From NCBI GenBank assembly GCA_965200965.1, contig OZ241744.1, positions 1,184,001-1,248,000 of the forward strand: a stretch of 64,000 nucleotides of DNA, in the 5' to 3' direction. Under the pieces are notes generated by a model. That model saw only the letters and a list, made by a program, of their open reading frames with translations. It did no database searches and had not been told where the DNA came from. Shown piece after piece: positions 30,905 through 43,286 of the stretch (position 1 is the first letter of the stretch; each line of letters begins with the position of its first letter). This stretch comes from an uncultured Candidatus Binatia bacterium. Its GTDB lineage: Bacteria; Desulfobacterota; Binatia; Bin18. Position numbers and translations under genes: made by a program.

Positions 30905-31039
30905 GCTGCCCCGAACGGCGGTTCAGATGCCCGAAAATTGACCTAGCGTTGCCGCCCAGAATCTTGTCTCCCGAATAGATCGAGCGGTTCCATGAAGTGG
31001 CTGTCGCCGTCAATCACGCGCAGGGCGCTCCTCCCTGGA

Positions 31040-31510
31040 CTAGGCCTCGGCCCCTCTGCTGGCGTCTTCCCGCATGGCCTGCTGGAGCTTGCGAAGACCT
31101 GCCTGGCTGGTCACATCGCACTCGACCAGCCCCCCAGGTAGGTCAAACAGCACCACATGCGAGGCTTTGTGGTTGCTGAAAATCTCAAACGTGGTGCAGC
31201 CTTCAGACCCGGCGATATGCGGCCCGTAGACGGTGTTGGGTTCGCTGAGCATGATGTCGCCGACCTTGAGAATCCGCTCGCCCACATCCAGGGTGCCGCG
31301 GACCACAATCTCAAAGCGGTAGCAGTCGTGGCCATGGCGAGGCAGCACACAGCCCGGCCCCATCCGCAGGGCCACCACGGTGGCTGGGTTGTCTTTCAGT
31401 TCACCCAGCGGGAAATAGGCCAAGCCGCTTACGCCGCCCTGTATGGCGTGGCGCATGTTCTCCGGGCACAGGTCCCACAGTTCGGCGTCGTCCAAGGACA
31501 TAAAAGGCAT
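31040..31510 (-). CDS. Cupin-domain protein (ChrR-like)
   Basis: PRHGHDC..FEIVVRG, GD.....P...YGPH. Confidence 0.8.
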   Translation of the reverse strand: MPFMSLDDAELWDLCPENMRHAIQGGVSGLAYFPLGELKDNPATVVALRMGPGCVLPRHGHDCYRFEIVVRGTLDVGERILKVGDIMLSEPNTVYGPHIAGSEGCTTFEIFSNHKASHVVLFDLPGGLVECDVTSQAGLRKLQQAMREDASRGAEA

Positions 31511-31615
31511 AGCGCTATCCTCCTTTTCTCACACCCGCAGGGCGGGCCTGTCTCTTTATATTAGGGAAAGGGTTTTGTGTCAAAGGGCCAGCGTGCTAGG
31601 AGGGGGGCAGACAAG

Positions 31616-32050
31616 ATGGCCAAGCGTCCCTACGATCCGTACTACCGGAACTTTCCGTCAACCGCCCCGCCGGCCCGAACGCCGTTCACCCATTCGGGCC
31701 GGGGCGATGCTGGCCATGTTTTTTCCTACCTGACCCACCGCAAACCCAACTGGAGCCTGCTGCTGGACAAGTCGCGGCTGGAGGATCTGCGCCGAAGCCC
31801 GGGAGCGCATCCACAAGGATTTCACCCAGTTCCTGTTGCTCGAAAAGGTGTACAGCCCCGGCTTACACCACCCGCCCGGCGGAGCGCACAACCAGCCCCG
31901 GACGGCTCGCGCACCCTGGTTGTGCTACGCGAGCCCGACCCCATCTTTACCAGGCAGGGCAACTTGGTATCCCATCATCTGCACGAGGGCGAAGCCATTG
32001 CCGCGGCCGACACCTACGCCCGGCTCAACCAGTGCCGCGCCTTAATCGGC
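31616..32050 (+). pseudogene. Frameshifted gene of unknown family
   Basis: AGGAGG RBS and ATG. Host-like codon usage appears to switch frames (...FSYLTHRKPNWSLLLDK / EARERIHKDFTQFLLLEKVYSP / SRTLVVLREPDPIF...). Confidence 0.35.
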
Positions 32051-32100
32051 TTGGTGGTGTGGGATGAACGGTGGTATTGGTGTGCTTCGCAAGTGAGGCA

Positions 32101-33561
32101 TCAGGCCGAGGCGGTAATGACAGGGCTGGCTGGGGGAGGGCTGAGCCCGTCCAGGACGCTTTGGGCCGCGGCTTCGCCGCTGCGCACACAGTCGGCGATG
32201 CCAACCCCGCGATAGGCGTTGCCGGCCAGGGCCAAGCCGGGATGAACCGCCAGCCGGCGTTCAATTGCTGCCATCCGCTCAAGGTGGCCGACCAGATACT
32301 GCGGCATGGAGCTCGGATAGCGGGCAATCAGGCTCAGCAGCGGGGCGGCCTTGACCCCCAGCAGAGCGGCAAACTCCTGGCGGACGACGCGCTCCATCTC
32401 GTCATCGTCCAACTCAAACAACTCGGCCTGCGAGGCCCCGCCAACAAAGGCGCGCAGCAACACTTGGCCGTCCGGGGCACGGCCGGGATATTTTACACTG
32501 GAAAACGTGCCGGCAATGATTGAGCGCTTCTCGATATGCGGCACAACAAAGCCAAAGCCGTTCAGGGCATGCGGAATATCGCCGCGGCGATAGGCCAAGC
32601 TGACGGTGGCCGCGGAGCTGTAGGCAATGGCCGCTAGGCGGTCGGCCAAGTTGGCGTCACAGGCGCGCAGCATCCGCGCCGTTTGAAAAGCCGGCGCGGC
32701 CAGGATGACGCCATCGGCCCGCAAAGAGGAACCGTCCTGGCACTCGATGTGCCAGGTCTGCTCTCCGGGCTGAACCGCGCGGACCGGGCTGCGGAGCCGA
32801 ATTGTACCCACTGACAGACGCCCGACCAGGGTCTTGACCATCTGCTGCATACCGCCTCGCAGGGTGACAAACAGACTCCAACGCGCTCCGCTGGCATCTT
32901 TGGTGTCGTGGGGTCTGGTGCGCCCGGCCCGCCACAGGGCGTAGATCAGGCTGCGCCGCTCCCGCTCCATCTGAAGAAAGCGCGGCATGGTGGCCGCCAG
33001 GCTCAGTTCGTCGGGGTCGGCCGTGTATATCCCGCCGATCAGGGGTTGGGCGACCCGCTCCAGGACTTCCCGACCGAGACGCCGGCGCACAAAAGAACTC
33101 AGGCTCTCGTCGTCTCGCTGTTGTCCGCGCGGCAGGACCAGATCGAGTCCCATACGCAGCTTTCCCGGCCAGGAAAAAACGCGGGAGCGGGCCAGCGCTT
33201 TCAGCCGGGTCGGGGCCAGCAGCATGAAGCCTTCGGGCAGAGGCTCCAGCCGGCCCCGGCGTACCACAAAGGTAGTCCGGAATTGGTCCTGGGTGCCGAT
33301 CAACTCATTCTCCAGCCCTAGGCGGTGGCACAGGCCCAAGGCCCAGGGTTTTTCCGAGATAAACGAGTCAGGCCCGTATTCCAGCACAAAACCGTCCCGC
33401 CGTTCTGTTCCAATCGCTCCGCCCAAACGGTCGCTGGCTTCAAGCAGGGTAAAGCGTAGCCGGCCTTGGCGCTCTTTGTGCAGTTCCTCAAGACGGTGGG
33501 CCGCGGCCAGCCCGGCGATGCCCCCACCGATGATCGCGATGTGGGCTGGAGAGGACGCCAC
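32101..33561 (-). CDS. hemY: Protoporphyrinogen/coproporphyrinogen oxidase (HemY-type)
   Basis: GGGIAGL, EYGPDSF, GIYTADP..LS, GFGFVVP, SS.KYPGR, MPQY.VGH, GVGIADCV. Confidence 0.94.
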   Translation of the reverse strand: MASSPAHIAIIGGGIAGLAAAHRLEELHKERQGRLRFTLLEASDRLGGAIGTERRDGFVLEYGPDSFISEKPWALGLCHRLGLENELIGTQDQFRTTFVVRRGRLEPLPEGFMLLAPTRLKALARSRVFSWPGKLRMGLDLVLPRGQQRDDESLSSFVRRRLGREVLERVAQPLIGGIYTADPDELSLAATMPRFLQMERERRSLIYALWRAGRTRPHDTKDASGARWSLFVTLRGGMQQMVKTLVGRLSVGTIRLRSPVRAVQPGEQTWHIECQDGSSLRADGVILAAPAFQTARMLRACDANLADRLAAIAYSSAATVSLAYRRGDIPHALNGFGFVVPHIEKRSIIAGTFSSVKYPGRAPDGQVLLRAFVGGASQAELFELDDDEMERVVRQEFAALLGVKAAPLLSLIARYPSSMPQYLVGHLERMAAIERRLAVHPGLALAGNAYRGVGIADCVRSGEAAAQSVLDGLSPPPASPVITASA

Positions 33562-33563
33562 GT

Positions 33564-34490
33564 TTATGCCCTTTCAATCTCCCGCCGCACGACCGCGGCC
33601 AGTGTCTGTATGAAGGCAGGATGATCGTTGACTGTGCCGGCCCGCCACATGGTGAGGCCCAGCCGTTCGGCGAGCTGCCTCGCCTCGGTATCCAGGTCGT
33701 ACAGGACTTCCATATGATCGCACACAAAGCCGATTGGGCAGACCACAAGGTCACGCGCTCCTTGGGCCGCAAGCTGCCGCAACACCGCCCCGATGTCCGG
33801 CTCCAGCCACGGCGTGCGGGGGTCGCCGCTGCGACTCTGGTAAGCAGCCCGCCAGACCGGGTGTCCCAGCCTGGCGGCAACCCGGCGGGCACCCTCTTCA
33901 ACCTGGGCCACATACTGGTCAACGCCCGGCATGGCGCACGGCAGGCTGTGAGCGGTAAACACGAGCGGGGTGCGGGTCCGCTTGTCCTGACTGAGGGCGG
34001 CGAAGGCCTGCCCGGCTAAGTCGCTGACCGCGTCGATAAACAGCGGATGATTGTGCCAGCCGGGAACATAGTCCACGCGGGGGGCTTGACCGCCGAGTTG
34101 TTCCTGGGCCGCGGCAACATTGTGTTTGTAGCGCTGCCAGCCGGCCTCGCTCTGCTGGGCGGACATAATCACACCCAGAGCGCGCCTTACCCCATCAGCC
34201 GCCATGCAGGCCAGGGTTTCGTGCAGATACGGATGCCAGTTACGCATGCCGACATACACCGGGAGGTCAAGTCCCTCGCCGGCCAGAGCGGCGTGCAGGG
34301 CGCTGGCTTGGCGCAGGGTAATGGCCTTGAGCGGCGAGTGGCCGTTGAACATGGCGTAGTGGCGGACGACCGTTTCGAGCTGCTGGGGTGGGACGGGTCG
34401 TCCACGCAGCACATTGGCCAGAAAGGGGCGCACCTCATCCATCTTTTCCGGGCCGCCAAAGGCAATGAGCAGGATCGCGTCACAAGGCAT
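33564..34490 (-). CDS. hemH: Ferrochelatase
   Basis: FGGPE, GMRNWHPY, FTAHSLP, YQSRSG...WLEPD, GFVCDHMEVLYDLD. Confidence 0.95.
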   Translation of the reverse strand: MPCDAILLIAFGGPEKMDEVRPFLANVLRGRPVPPQQLETVVRHYAMFNGHSPLKAITLRQASALHAALAGEGLDLPVYVGMRNWHPYLHETLACMAADGVRRALGVIMSAQQSEAGWQRYKHNVAAAQEQLGGQAPRVDYVPGWHNHPLFIDAVSDLAGQAFAALSQDKRTRTPLVFTAHSLPCAMPGVDQYVAQVEEGARRVAARLGHPVWRAAYQSRSGDPRTPWLEPDIGAVLRQLAAQGARDLVVCPIGFVCDHMEVLYDLDTEARQLAERLGLTMWRAGTVNDHPAFIQTLAAVVRREIERA

Positions 34491-34520
34491 AGTGTGAAGA
34501 GGAGTCTCTTCTCCAGAGCT

Positions 34521-35549
34521 TCATCTGGCCGACATTTCATGCACCAGCTCAACCAGGGCAAGCACCTGCTCAACCGGCGTGTGGGGCAGAATACCGTGGC
34601 CGAGGTTAAAGACATGGCCCGGCCGGCCGGCCGTCGCGTTCAGCACTCGGGCGGTCCGCCCGCGCAGCATATCAAGCGGGGCAAACAGGCTGACCGGATC
34701 GAGATTGCCCTGCACCGCTCGGTCAAAGCCGACCCGGGACCAGACGATGTCCAGGTCAACTCGCCAGTCCACCCCAATCACATCGCCGCCGGCCTCTGCC
34801 AGCAACTCAAGCAGGCTGGCCGTGTTGGTGCCAAAATGAATCACCGGCACGCCTGGGGTGAGACCGCGTATGAGCTCCTGCATATGGGGCAGGATGAAGC
34901 TGCGATAGTCGTCGGGCGACAAACAGCCGACCCACGAGTCAAACAGTTGAACGGCCTGCGCCCCAGCCGCGATCTGTCCGTTCAGATAGTCGCTTGTCAC
35001 CCGGACAAGGTAGGCCATCAGCGCCCGCCAGGCTCCGGGGTCGGCGTACATCAGGCGCTTGGTCTCAATGTAATGGCGCGACCCGCCGCCCTCAATCAGA
35101 TACGACGCAACGGTAAAAGGAGCGCCCGCAAATCCGATCAGGGCAATATCCCGGGGTAAGGCCGCCCGCACCTTGCGCACCGCCTCATACACAAAACCGA
35201 GGGCCTGTGAGGCCGGCCTGTCTTGCACACGATCAATATCCCGGCCCGAACGCAGTGGCCGGTGAATGAGCGGCCCATCGCCCTGGGCAAACTCTAGGCC
35301 GACCCCCATCGGCTCCACAATCAGCAGAATATCGGCAAAGATAATGGCCGCATCAACGCCCAGCCGTTCGACCGCCTCAACCGTCACCTGGGCGGCCAAC
35401 TCCGGTGTCCTGCACAGTTCCAGAAACGACACCTTGTCGCGCACCGCCCGGTACTCGGGCATGTAGCGTCCGGCTTGGCGCATCAGCCACACCGGCGTGT
35501 AAGGGGTTGGCCGACGGTGGCAGGCCTGGAGAAAAACCGGCTCTTTCAT
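34521..35549 (-). CDS. hemE: Uroporphyrinogen decarboxylase
   Basis: PVWLMRQAGRYMPEY, FADIL, QLFDSW, QGNLDP, FNLGHG. Confidence 0.97.
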   Translation of the reverse strand: MKEPVFLQACHRRPTPYTPVWLMRQAGRYMPEYRAVRDKVSFLELCRTPELAAQVTVEAVERLGVDAAIIFADILLIVEPMGVGLEFAQGDGPLIHRPLRSGRDIDRVQDRPASQALGFVYEAVRKVRAALPRDIALIGFAGAPFTVASYLIEGGGSRHYIETKRLMYADPGAWRALMAYLVRVTSDYLNGQIAAGAQAVQLFDSWVGCLSPDDYRSFILPHMQELIRGLTPGVPVIHFGTNTASLLELLAEAGGDVIGVDWRVDLDIVWSRVGFDRAVQGNLDPVSLFAPLDMLRGRTARVLNATAGRPGHVFNLGHGILPHTPVEQVLALVELVHEMSAR

Positions 35550-35596
35550 TGCGCGGCATCGTAGCATAGGATGCTGATGAAAACAGGAGGCGACCT

Positions 35597-36466
35597 ATGT
35601 CCGAACTTTTGACCCACCACACCGCAACGATCAATGGCTTTCGCATGCACTACGTCACGGCCGGCTCCGGCTATCCGCTGGTCTTTGTCCACGGGTGGCC
35701 GCAGAGCTGGTATGAGTGGCGGAAAATCATCCCGGCCCTGGCTGAGCGGTTTACGATTATTGCCCCGGACCTGCGTGGGTTGGGAGATTCCGGCCGGCCC
35801 CTGACCGGCTATGACAAACGGACCCTGGCCTCTGATGTCCACGCCCTGGTCCGGTCGCTGGACCACGACAAGATCGGCCTGACCGGCCACGACTGGGGCG
35901 GCGCGGTGGCCTACTATCTGGCCTACGACCATCCCGAGATGGTTGAGCGGCTGATGATTCTGGATATGGTGCCGGGTCTGGGCCGCACCGGCGATAGCAT
36001 GGACCTCCAGACCGCACGGCGCTTCTGGCATGTGTTTTTTCACGCCGGCATCCCCGACTTGGCCGAGCGACTGGTCAGTAGCAATGTCCGGGCCTATCTG
36101 AGCCATTTTTACACCTCGCCGGCTTACAACTACCGCCCGACGGTCTTCAGCAAAGAAGACATTGACGAGTATGTCCGGATCTACTCGGCCCCCGGAGCCT
36201 TGCGGGCCGGCTTTCAGTATTACGCCACCGGCTTGAACGAGGACCTGGACAACCTGAAAAGCTGTACCGGGAAACTCAAGATGCCGGTACTGGCCTGGGG
36301 CGGGGAGCGCTTTATGGCCAACATCGTATCCATCTGGCAGGGTGTGGCCGAGAATGTGCAGGGCGGCTCGGTTGCCGAATGCGGTCACTTTATCGCCGAA
36401 GAGCAGCCCGAGTTTGTAATTGAGCAGGCTCTGGAATTTTTTGAACCCCTCCGGAGCAAAGCCTGA
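35597..36466 (+). CDS. Alpha/beta hydrolase (epoxide hydrolase/haloacetate dehalogenase-like)
   Basis: HGWP, PDLRG.G.S, GHDWGG (Asp nucleophile), CGHFIAEE. Confidence 0.9.
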   Translation: MSELLTHHTATINGFRMHYVTAGSGYPLVFVHGWPQSWYEWRKIIPALAERFTIIAPDLRGLGDSGRPLTGYDKRTLASDVHALVRSLDHDKIGLTGHDWGGAVAYYLAYDHPEMVERLMILDMVPGLGRTGDSMDLQTARRFWHVFFHAGIPDLAERLVSSNVRAYLSHFYTSPAYNYRPTVFSKEDIDEYVRIYSAPGALRAGFQYYATGLNEDLDNLKSCTGKLKMPVLAWGGERFMANIVSIWQGVAENVQGGSVAECGHFIAEEQPEFVIEQALEFFEPLRSKA

Positions 36467-36599
36467 CCGCTCCTCTCCTCCCTCGCCCGAACGGCCCTGG
36501 GTCCCCTTGACCAAGCGGGGTTTTCCGGCGGAAGAATCAGGGGAAATATAGACCCTTCGTTGAGTTTTCGCCTATAATTCGCCGTGTGGAGGAGGATGT

Positions 36600-38931
36600 A
36601 TGGAACAGGCGGCAGAGCGGATTATCCCGGCAGACTTGGGCCAACAGGCCGAAGAACGCTATCTGAACTACGCGCTGAGCGTGATTACCTCACGCGCCCT
36701 GCCCGATGCACGCGATGGGCTGAAACCGGTTCAGCGGCGGCTGCTGTACGCCATGTTCCAGAACCTGCGCTTGGGAGGAAACGCCCGACCGCGGAAATCG
36801 GCCGCGGTGGTCGGCGAGGTGCTCGGCAAATATCACCCCCACGGCGACCAAGCCGCCTATGACGCTATGGTCCGCCTGGCCCAGCCCTTCTCAATGCGCT
36901 ATCCGCTGGTGCATGGCGAGGGCAATTTTGGCTCGCTGGACGGCGATAACGCCGCGGCCATGCGCTATACCGAGGCCAAGCTGGACCCGTTGGCCGAAGA
37001 GTTGTTTCGGGACCTGCGGGGCCAGACGATCCCCTACCGGCCAAACTACGACGCTACGGTTGATGAGCCGGTCGTGCTGCCCTCCGCCATCCCCCAACTG
37101 CTGCTGAACGGGGCTAGCGGTATCGCCGTCGGCATGGCCACCACTATCCCGCCGCATAATTTTCATGAGGTCGTCAAAGCCCTGCTGGCCCTGCTGGCCG
37201 ACCCGGACATCAGTACCGCCGGCCTGCTGCGCTCGATCAAAGGCCCGGACTTCCCGACCGGAGGAGAAATTCTGACCTCGAAAAACGACTTGCGCCAACT
37301 CTACGAAACCGGCCAGGGTACGCTCAAGCTGCGGGGCGAGTGGCAGGTGGAAGCGCTGCCGCGCGGCAAGCGCCAAGTTGTGATTACCTCCCTGCCCTAC
37401 ACCGTCAACAAAGCCCAGTTGGTTGAAAAGATCGCCGAACTGGTGATCGAGCGCAAGGTCCCCCAGATTCTCGATGTGCGGGACGAGTCAACCGACGATA
37501 TTCGGATTGTGCTGGAACTCAAGGGCGACAACTCTGAAGAGCTAGCCCTGGCCTATCTGTGTCGCCATACGCCGCTCCAGATCTCGTACCCGGTCAACCT
37601 GACCTGCCTGGTCCCAACCGCCAACCCCGCGGTCGGCCAGCCGCTCAGGGCCACACTCAAAGCCCTGTGTCGGCATTTTCTGGACTTTCGGCTTGAGGTC
37701 GTCACCAAACGCTTTGCCCATGAGCTGGCCGAGTTGGAGACCCGTTTGCACATCCTGGCCGGCTTAGCCCTGATTGCCGACCGGCTGGATACGGTGATTC
37801 ACACCATTCGGACCGCGCAGTCACGCCAGGACGCCGGCCGCAAACTCATGGCCGGCTTTGGGCTTGACGAAGCGCAGGCAGAGGCGATTCTCGAAATCCG
37901 CCTGTATCAACTGGCGCGGCTGGAAATTGACAAGATCCAGACCGAGCAAGCCGACAAAGAAAAACGGGTCACCGAGTTGCGCGGCCTGCTCGCCGACGAA
38001 ACCAAACGCTGGGCGGTGATTGGGAACGAGCTGCGCGAGTTGAGCAAACGCTACGGCGATAAACGGCGGAGTGCGCTGCGGGCCGGCGAAGAACTCAGCT
38101 ATGATCCCGAAGCCTATATCGTCCACGAGGAGACCACAGTCGTCCTCAGCCGTGACGGCTGGCTCAAACGCGTGCGCGAACTCAAGGACCCGAGCAGCAC
38201 CCGTCTGCGCGAGGGCGATGGTATTCAGATGATTTTGACCGGCACAACCCGCGACCGGCTGGCTTTTTTCACCAATAAGGGCGGCCTGTATGTCCTCAAA
38301 ATTCATGACGTACCAGCCTCGACCGGCTATGGTGAACCGATCCAGACTGTGTTTCATTTTCAGGACCGGGAAAAAATTGTCACCACATATCTGGTTAGCG
38401 ATGAGCCGGCCCCGACCAGCAAGGGATCGCCGTCCGCAAACGGCCAGCCCGAGCCGTCTGAGACCATGCCCCAAGGCGGCCCTGAGCCCGGCCCACCCTA
38501 TCTGCTGGCCACGGCCCGGGGTCTGGGCTTTCGCTTTCGTCCCAATCTTGAAGAGACCACGCGGAACGGCCGGAAAATCGCTCGCCTCACGGACGGGGAC
38601 GAGGTCGTCTCCGTCACCCCGGCCCGTCACGCCCGGGCCGTGTGCGCCACCCGGGCCGGGCATCTGCTGGCCTTCCCGGTCGAAGATGTCTCAGAGCTGT
38701 CCGGGGCCGGTCGGGGGGTGCTCCTCATGCGGCTGGATAAGGCCGACCGTTGTATCGGCGCAGTCACCACACCACCGGGTGCCGGGGTGACGGTGTTGGG
38801 TTCCGACGGCCGGCGGCGACAGCTCCGCTCAAAAGATATTCCGCTCGGTCAACGGGCGGGCAAAGGGCAGCGCGTGGTCAAACGCATGGCGCTGGCCAGT
38901 GTGGGGGGGGGGGTGGATGAGGAGGAAGGCT

Positions 38932-38948
<17 letters not shown>
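36600..38948 (+). CDS. parC: Type IIA topoisomerase subunit A (Topo IV ParC-like)
   Basis: [37 protein letters not shown]; shortened C-terminal domain without a canonical GyrA-box. Confidence 0.85.
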
Positions 38949-40854
<1,906 letters not shown>

Positions 40855-40855
40855 T

Positions 40856-41320
40856 ATGGCCAAACGTCACCCCAGCCTCATTCCGCTGTCGCGTGAGCAT
40901 CACGCCGCCCTGCTGCTCGCCTTTCGTCTGCTTCAGGGCTTGCCGCCCACCCGGCAGCCAGATAGCCCGCAAGCCCAAGCTCAGGACACCATCCGCTTTT
41001 TCCATACCAGGCTGACCACCCACTTTCAGGCCGAAGAGGAGACCCTGTTTCCGCTCATCCGTAGGACGCTGCCCCCCACCATGTCCCTGCTTGACAGGCT
41101 GCTCGCCGAACATGCGGAAATGCGCCACTCCGTCCAAGCACTTGAGCAGGCCGACCGGCCCAGCCTCCCCGCTCGGCTCAAGGCGTTTGGCCAGATCCTT
41201 CGACGCCATGTCCGCAGCGAAGAACGCGACCTGTTTCCCATGTGTGAGGCCAATCTGGCCGAAGACGACGCGGCCCAACTGAAAGCCGCCATTGTGCGCT
41301 TCCTTGGTGAAGGGCGCTGA
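40856..41320 (+). CDS. Hemerythrin-like (HHE) domain protein
   Basis: LSREHH, HF..EE..LFP, EH, HVRSEER.LFP. Confidence 0.88.
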   Translation: MAKRHPSLIPLSREHHAALLLAFRLLQGLPPTRQPDSPQAQAQDTIRFFHTRLTTHFQAEEETLFPLIRRTLPPTMSLLDRLLAEHAEMRHSVQALEQADRPSLPARLKAFGQILRRHVRSEERDLFPMCEANLAEDDAAQLKAAIVRFLGEGR

Positions 41321-41427
41321 GGCGCGGCCGTCTTTTTTCTGCACCCGGCCCCGTTGCATGATTGGCACGAAATTCGTAAATTGGCCGTGTCAACACATGA
41401 GCAACATCCGCATGAAGGAGGACGGCT

Positions 41428-41823
41428 ATGCAACTTTTGCACACCATGATCCGGGTCAACAACATGGACGAGTCGATCAGGTTCTACACCGAATCCCTCG
41501 GCATGAAACTGCTGCGCAAACAGGACTACCCAGGCGGAAAGTTCACCCTGGCCTTTGTGGGCTATGGCGATGAAAAAGACAACGCGGTCATCGAGTTAAC
41601 CCACAACTGGGACACCTCGAGTTATGATCAGGGCAACGCCTTTGGGCATCTGGCCATCGGCGTTGATGGCATTTATGAGAAGTGCGCAGCACTCAAGGAA
41701 CAAGGCGTCAAAGTCGTCCGCGAAGCCGGCCCGATGATGCACGGCGGTGCGGTCATTGCCTTTGTGGAAGACCCCAACGGCTACAAAATTGAACTCATCG
41801 AACGCAGCGGTCCACGCGGCTAA
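41428..41823 (+). CDS. gloA: Lactoylglutathione lyase (glyoxalase I)
   Basis: LHTMIRV, FTLAFVGYG, IELTHNW, GHLAIGV, AFVEDPNGYKIELI. Confidence 0.95.
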   Translation: MQLLHTMIRVNNMDESIRFYTESLGMKLLRKQDYPGGKFTLAFVGYGDEKDNAVIELTHNWDTSSYDQGNAFGHLAIGVDGIYEKCAALKEQGVKVVREAGPMMHGGAVIAFVEDPNGYKIELIERSGPRG

Positions 41824-41852
41824 GCCCAATCCCCCATTTTTAAGGAGTGTCT

Positions 41853-42248
41853 ATGCCACTGCATCCAGCCAAAGATTCGGTTGACCTCGGTATCGTTGTC
41901 AGCGACATCAACAAGAGCCTGGACTTTTACCAGGGCCTGCTCGGCTTGGAAAAGAGTGAAGAGTTGCCCACCCCATTCGGTACCCTGCATCGGCTCCACT
42001 TCGGCAACAGCGACATCAAGCTTATTGACCCCAAGGCCGTTCCGCCGGCCGGGACCATCGGCTTAGAGCAACAGCTCGGGTTTCGCTACATCACCTTTGT
42101 GATCAAGGACATCAGCACCATGTGTAGCGAGTTGAAAGACAAGGGGGTGGAGTTCACCATTCCCGAAACCGAGTTTCGGCCCGGGGTCCGCGTCGCCATG
42201 CTCAAAGACCCCGACGGCAATATCGTTGAGTTGGTGCAGCGCGGCTGA
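41853..42248 (+). CDS. VOC/glyoxalase family protein
   Basis: SLDFYQGLLG, KDPDGNIVEL. Confidence 0.88.
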   Translation: MPLHPAKDSVDLGIVVSDINKSLDFYQGLLGLEKSEELPTPFGTLHRLHFGNSDIKLIDPKAVPPAGTIGLEQQLGFRYITFVIKDISTMCSELKDKGVEFTIPETEFRPGVRVAMLKDPDGNIVELVQRG

Positions 42249-42280
42249 CCCGCCGCCCCGACCGATGGCTCCGGCACGAA

Positions 42281-42700
42281 TCACCACGACAACTCCTTCC
42301 TGTGTATACTCAGCAGGACGGCAGAGCCGAGCGACACCCCGACCGCGACCAGGGAGTACAGCACCCCAAACAGGACGTCCCCGCCGTCCGGCCGCGGGTT
42401 CTGCTCCAGTTCTTTGCTCCAGAACAGGAACAGGTTCAGGACGACATACAGGGCGTAGGCGTGCGCCATGCCGACGACAAAGCGCTTCCTGTACCAGAGG
42501 CCCAAGCCATACACCACCAGATAAGCACCAAAGACGAGACTCCATATCACATTCTCGCTGCCCGCCAGCCGGGTCCCGAACAACACAAAGCCGCTCTGCT
42601 CAGAGAACTGAAAAGGCTTGGAAAAATTTGAAATTGCCAGTAACCAGAAACCAATCGCCAGCCCGGCAAAAATTCGATCGCGCTGTGACCCAGCCATCAT
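42281..42700 (-). CDS. Four-TM hypothetical membrane protein
   Basis: Four hydrophobic segments; start at MMAGSQRD. Confidence 0.75.
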   Translation of the reverse strand: MMAGSQRDRIFAGLAIGFWLLAISNFSKPFQFSEQSGFVLFGTRLAGSENVIWSLVFGAYLVVYGLGLWYRKRFVVGMAHAYALYVVLNLFLFWSKELEQNPRPDGGDVLFGVLYSLVAVGVSLGSAVLLSIHRKELSW

Positions 42701-42878
42701 CGCCCCCCTTGGTTGGCCGCCTCTCGTCCAGATTTGGTCAGAGTGGGCACGATAATAGCACGACCGTGGGCGGCTCACCAGGCATGACATCCCCCGGCTC
42801 GCCTCACCCGGCGTCCGGGCCACTCTGCCTTGCAGCGCCCCGGGCCAGATGGCAGCATAGAGCGGCAAGGAGGCTCTG

Positions 42879-43286
42879 GTGGCTCTGCAACTGACCGCCC
42901 CCGACTATGTGATCCTGATCGTTGATGACCTTGAGCGCACGCTCAGCTTCTACACCCAGGTGTTGGGCTTGCGCCTAGGCCACCGCTCGGGCGCGTATGC
43001 CCAACTGGACACGGGCACGACCCGGCTCGGCTTTTATACCCGGCCGGCGATGGCTCAGGCGCTGGGTTCTGGCCTGACCAAGCCGGCTGCGGATGCCGCC
43101 GGATTTGAGCTCGGTTTCAAGGTCGCGGATGTTGACGCCGCCTATGCGGAACTGACCGAAAAAGGTGCCGCGGCAGCTACGCCGCCGACAACTCGTCCGT
43201 GGGGCCAGCGCACGGCCTATGTGCGGGACCCCGACGGCCACCTGCTCGAGCTGGCGCAGGACCTCAAGCCACGCGCCACCAACTAG
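42879..43286 (+). CDS. VOC/glyoxalase family protein
   Basis: FYTQVLG, PWGQRTAYVRDPDGHLLEL; AGGAGG RBS with GTG start. Confidence 0.9.
   Translation: MALQLTAPDYVILIVDDLERTLSFYTQVLGLRLGHRSGAYAQLDTGTTRLGFYTRPAMAQALGSGLTKPAADAAGFELGFKVADVDAAYAELTEKGAAAATPPTTRPWGQRTAYVRDPDGHLLELAQDLKPRATN

Noticed and set aside
32101-35549. hemE-hemH-hemY operon as a novelty
   Set aside because: Ordinary, well-known arrangement.
41363-41378. TGGCACG sigma-54-like site upstream of gloA
   Set aside because: The -12 element reads TCGT rather than TTGC; insufficient support.
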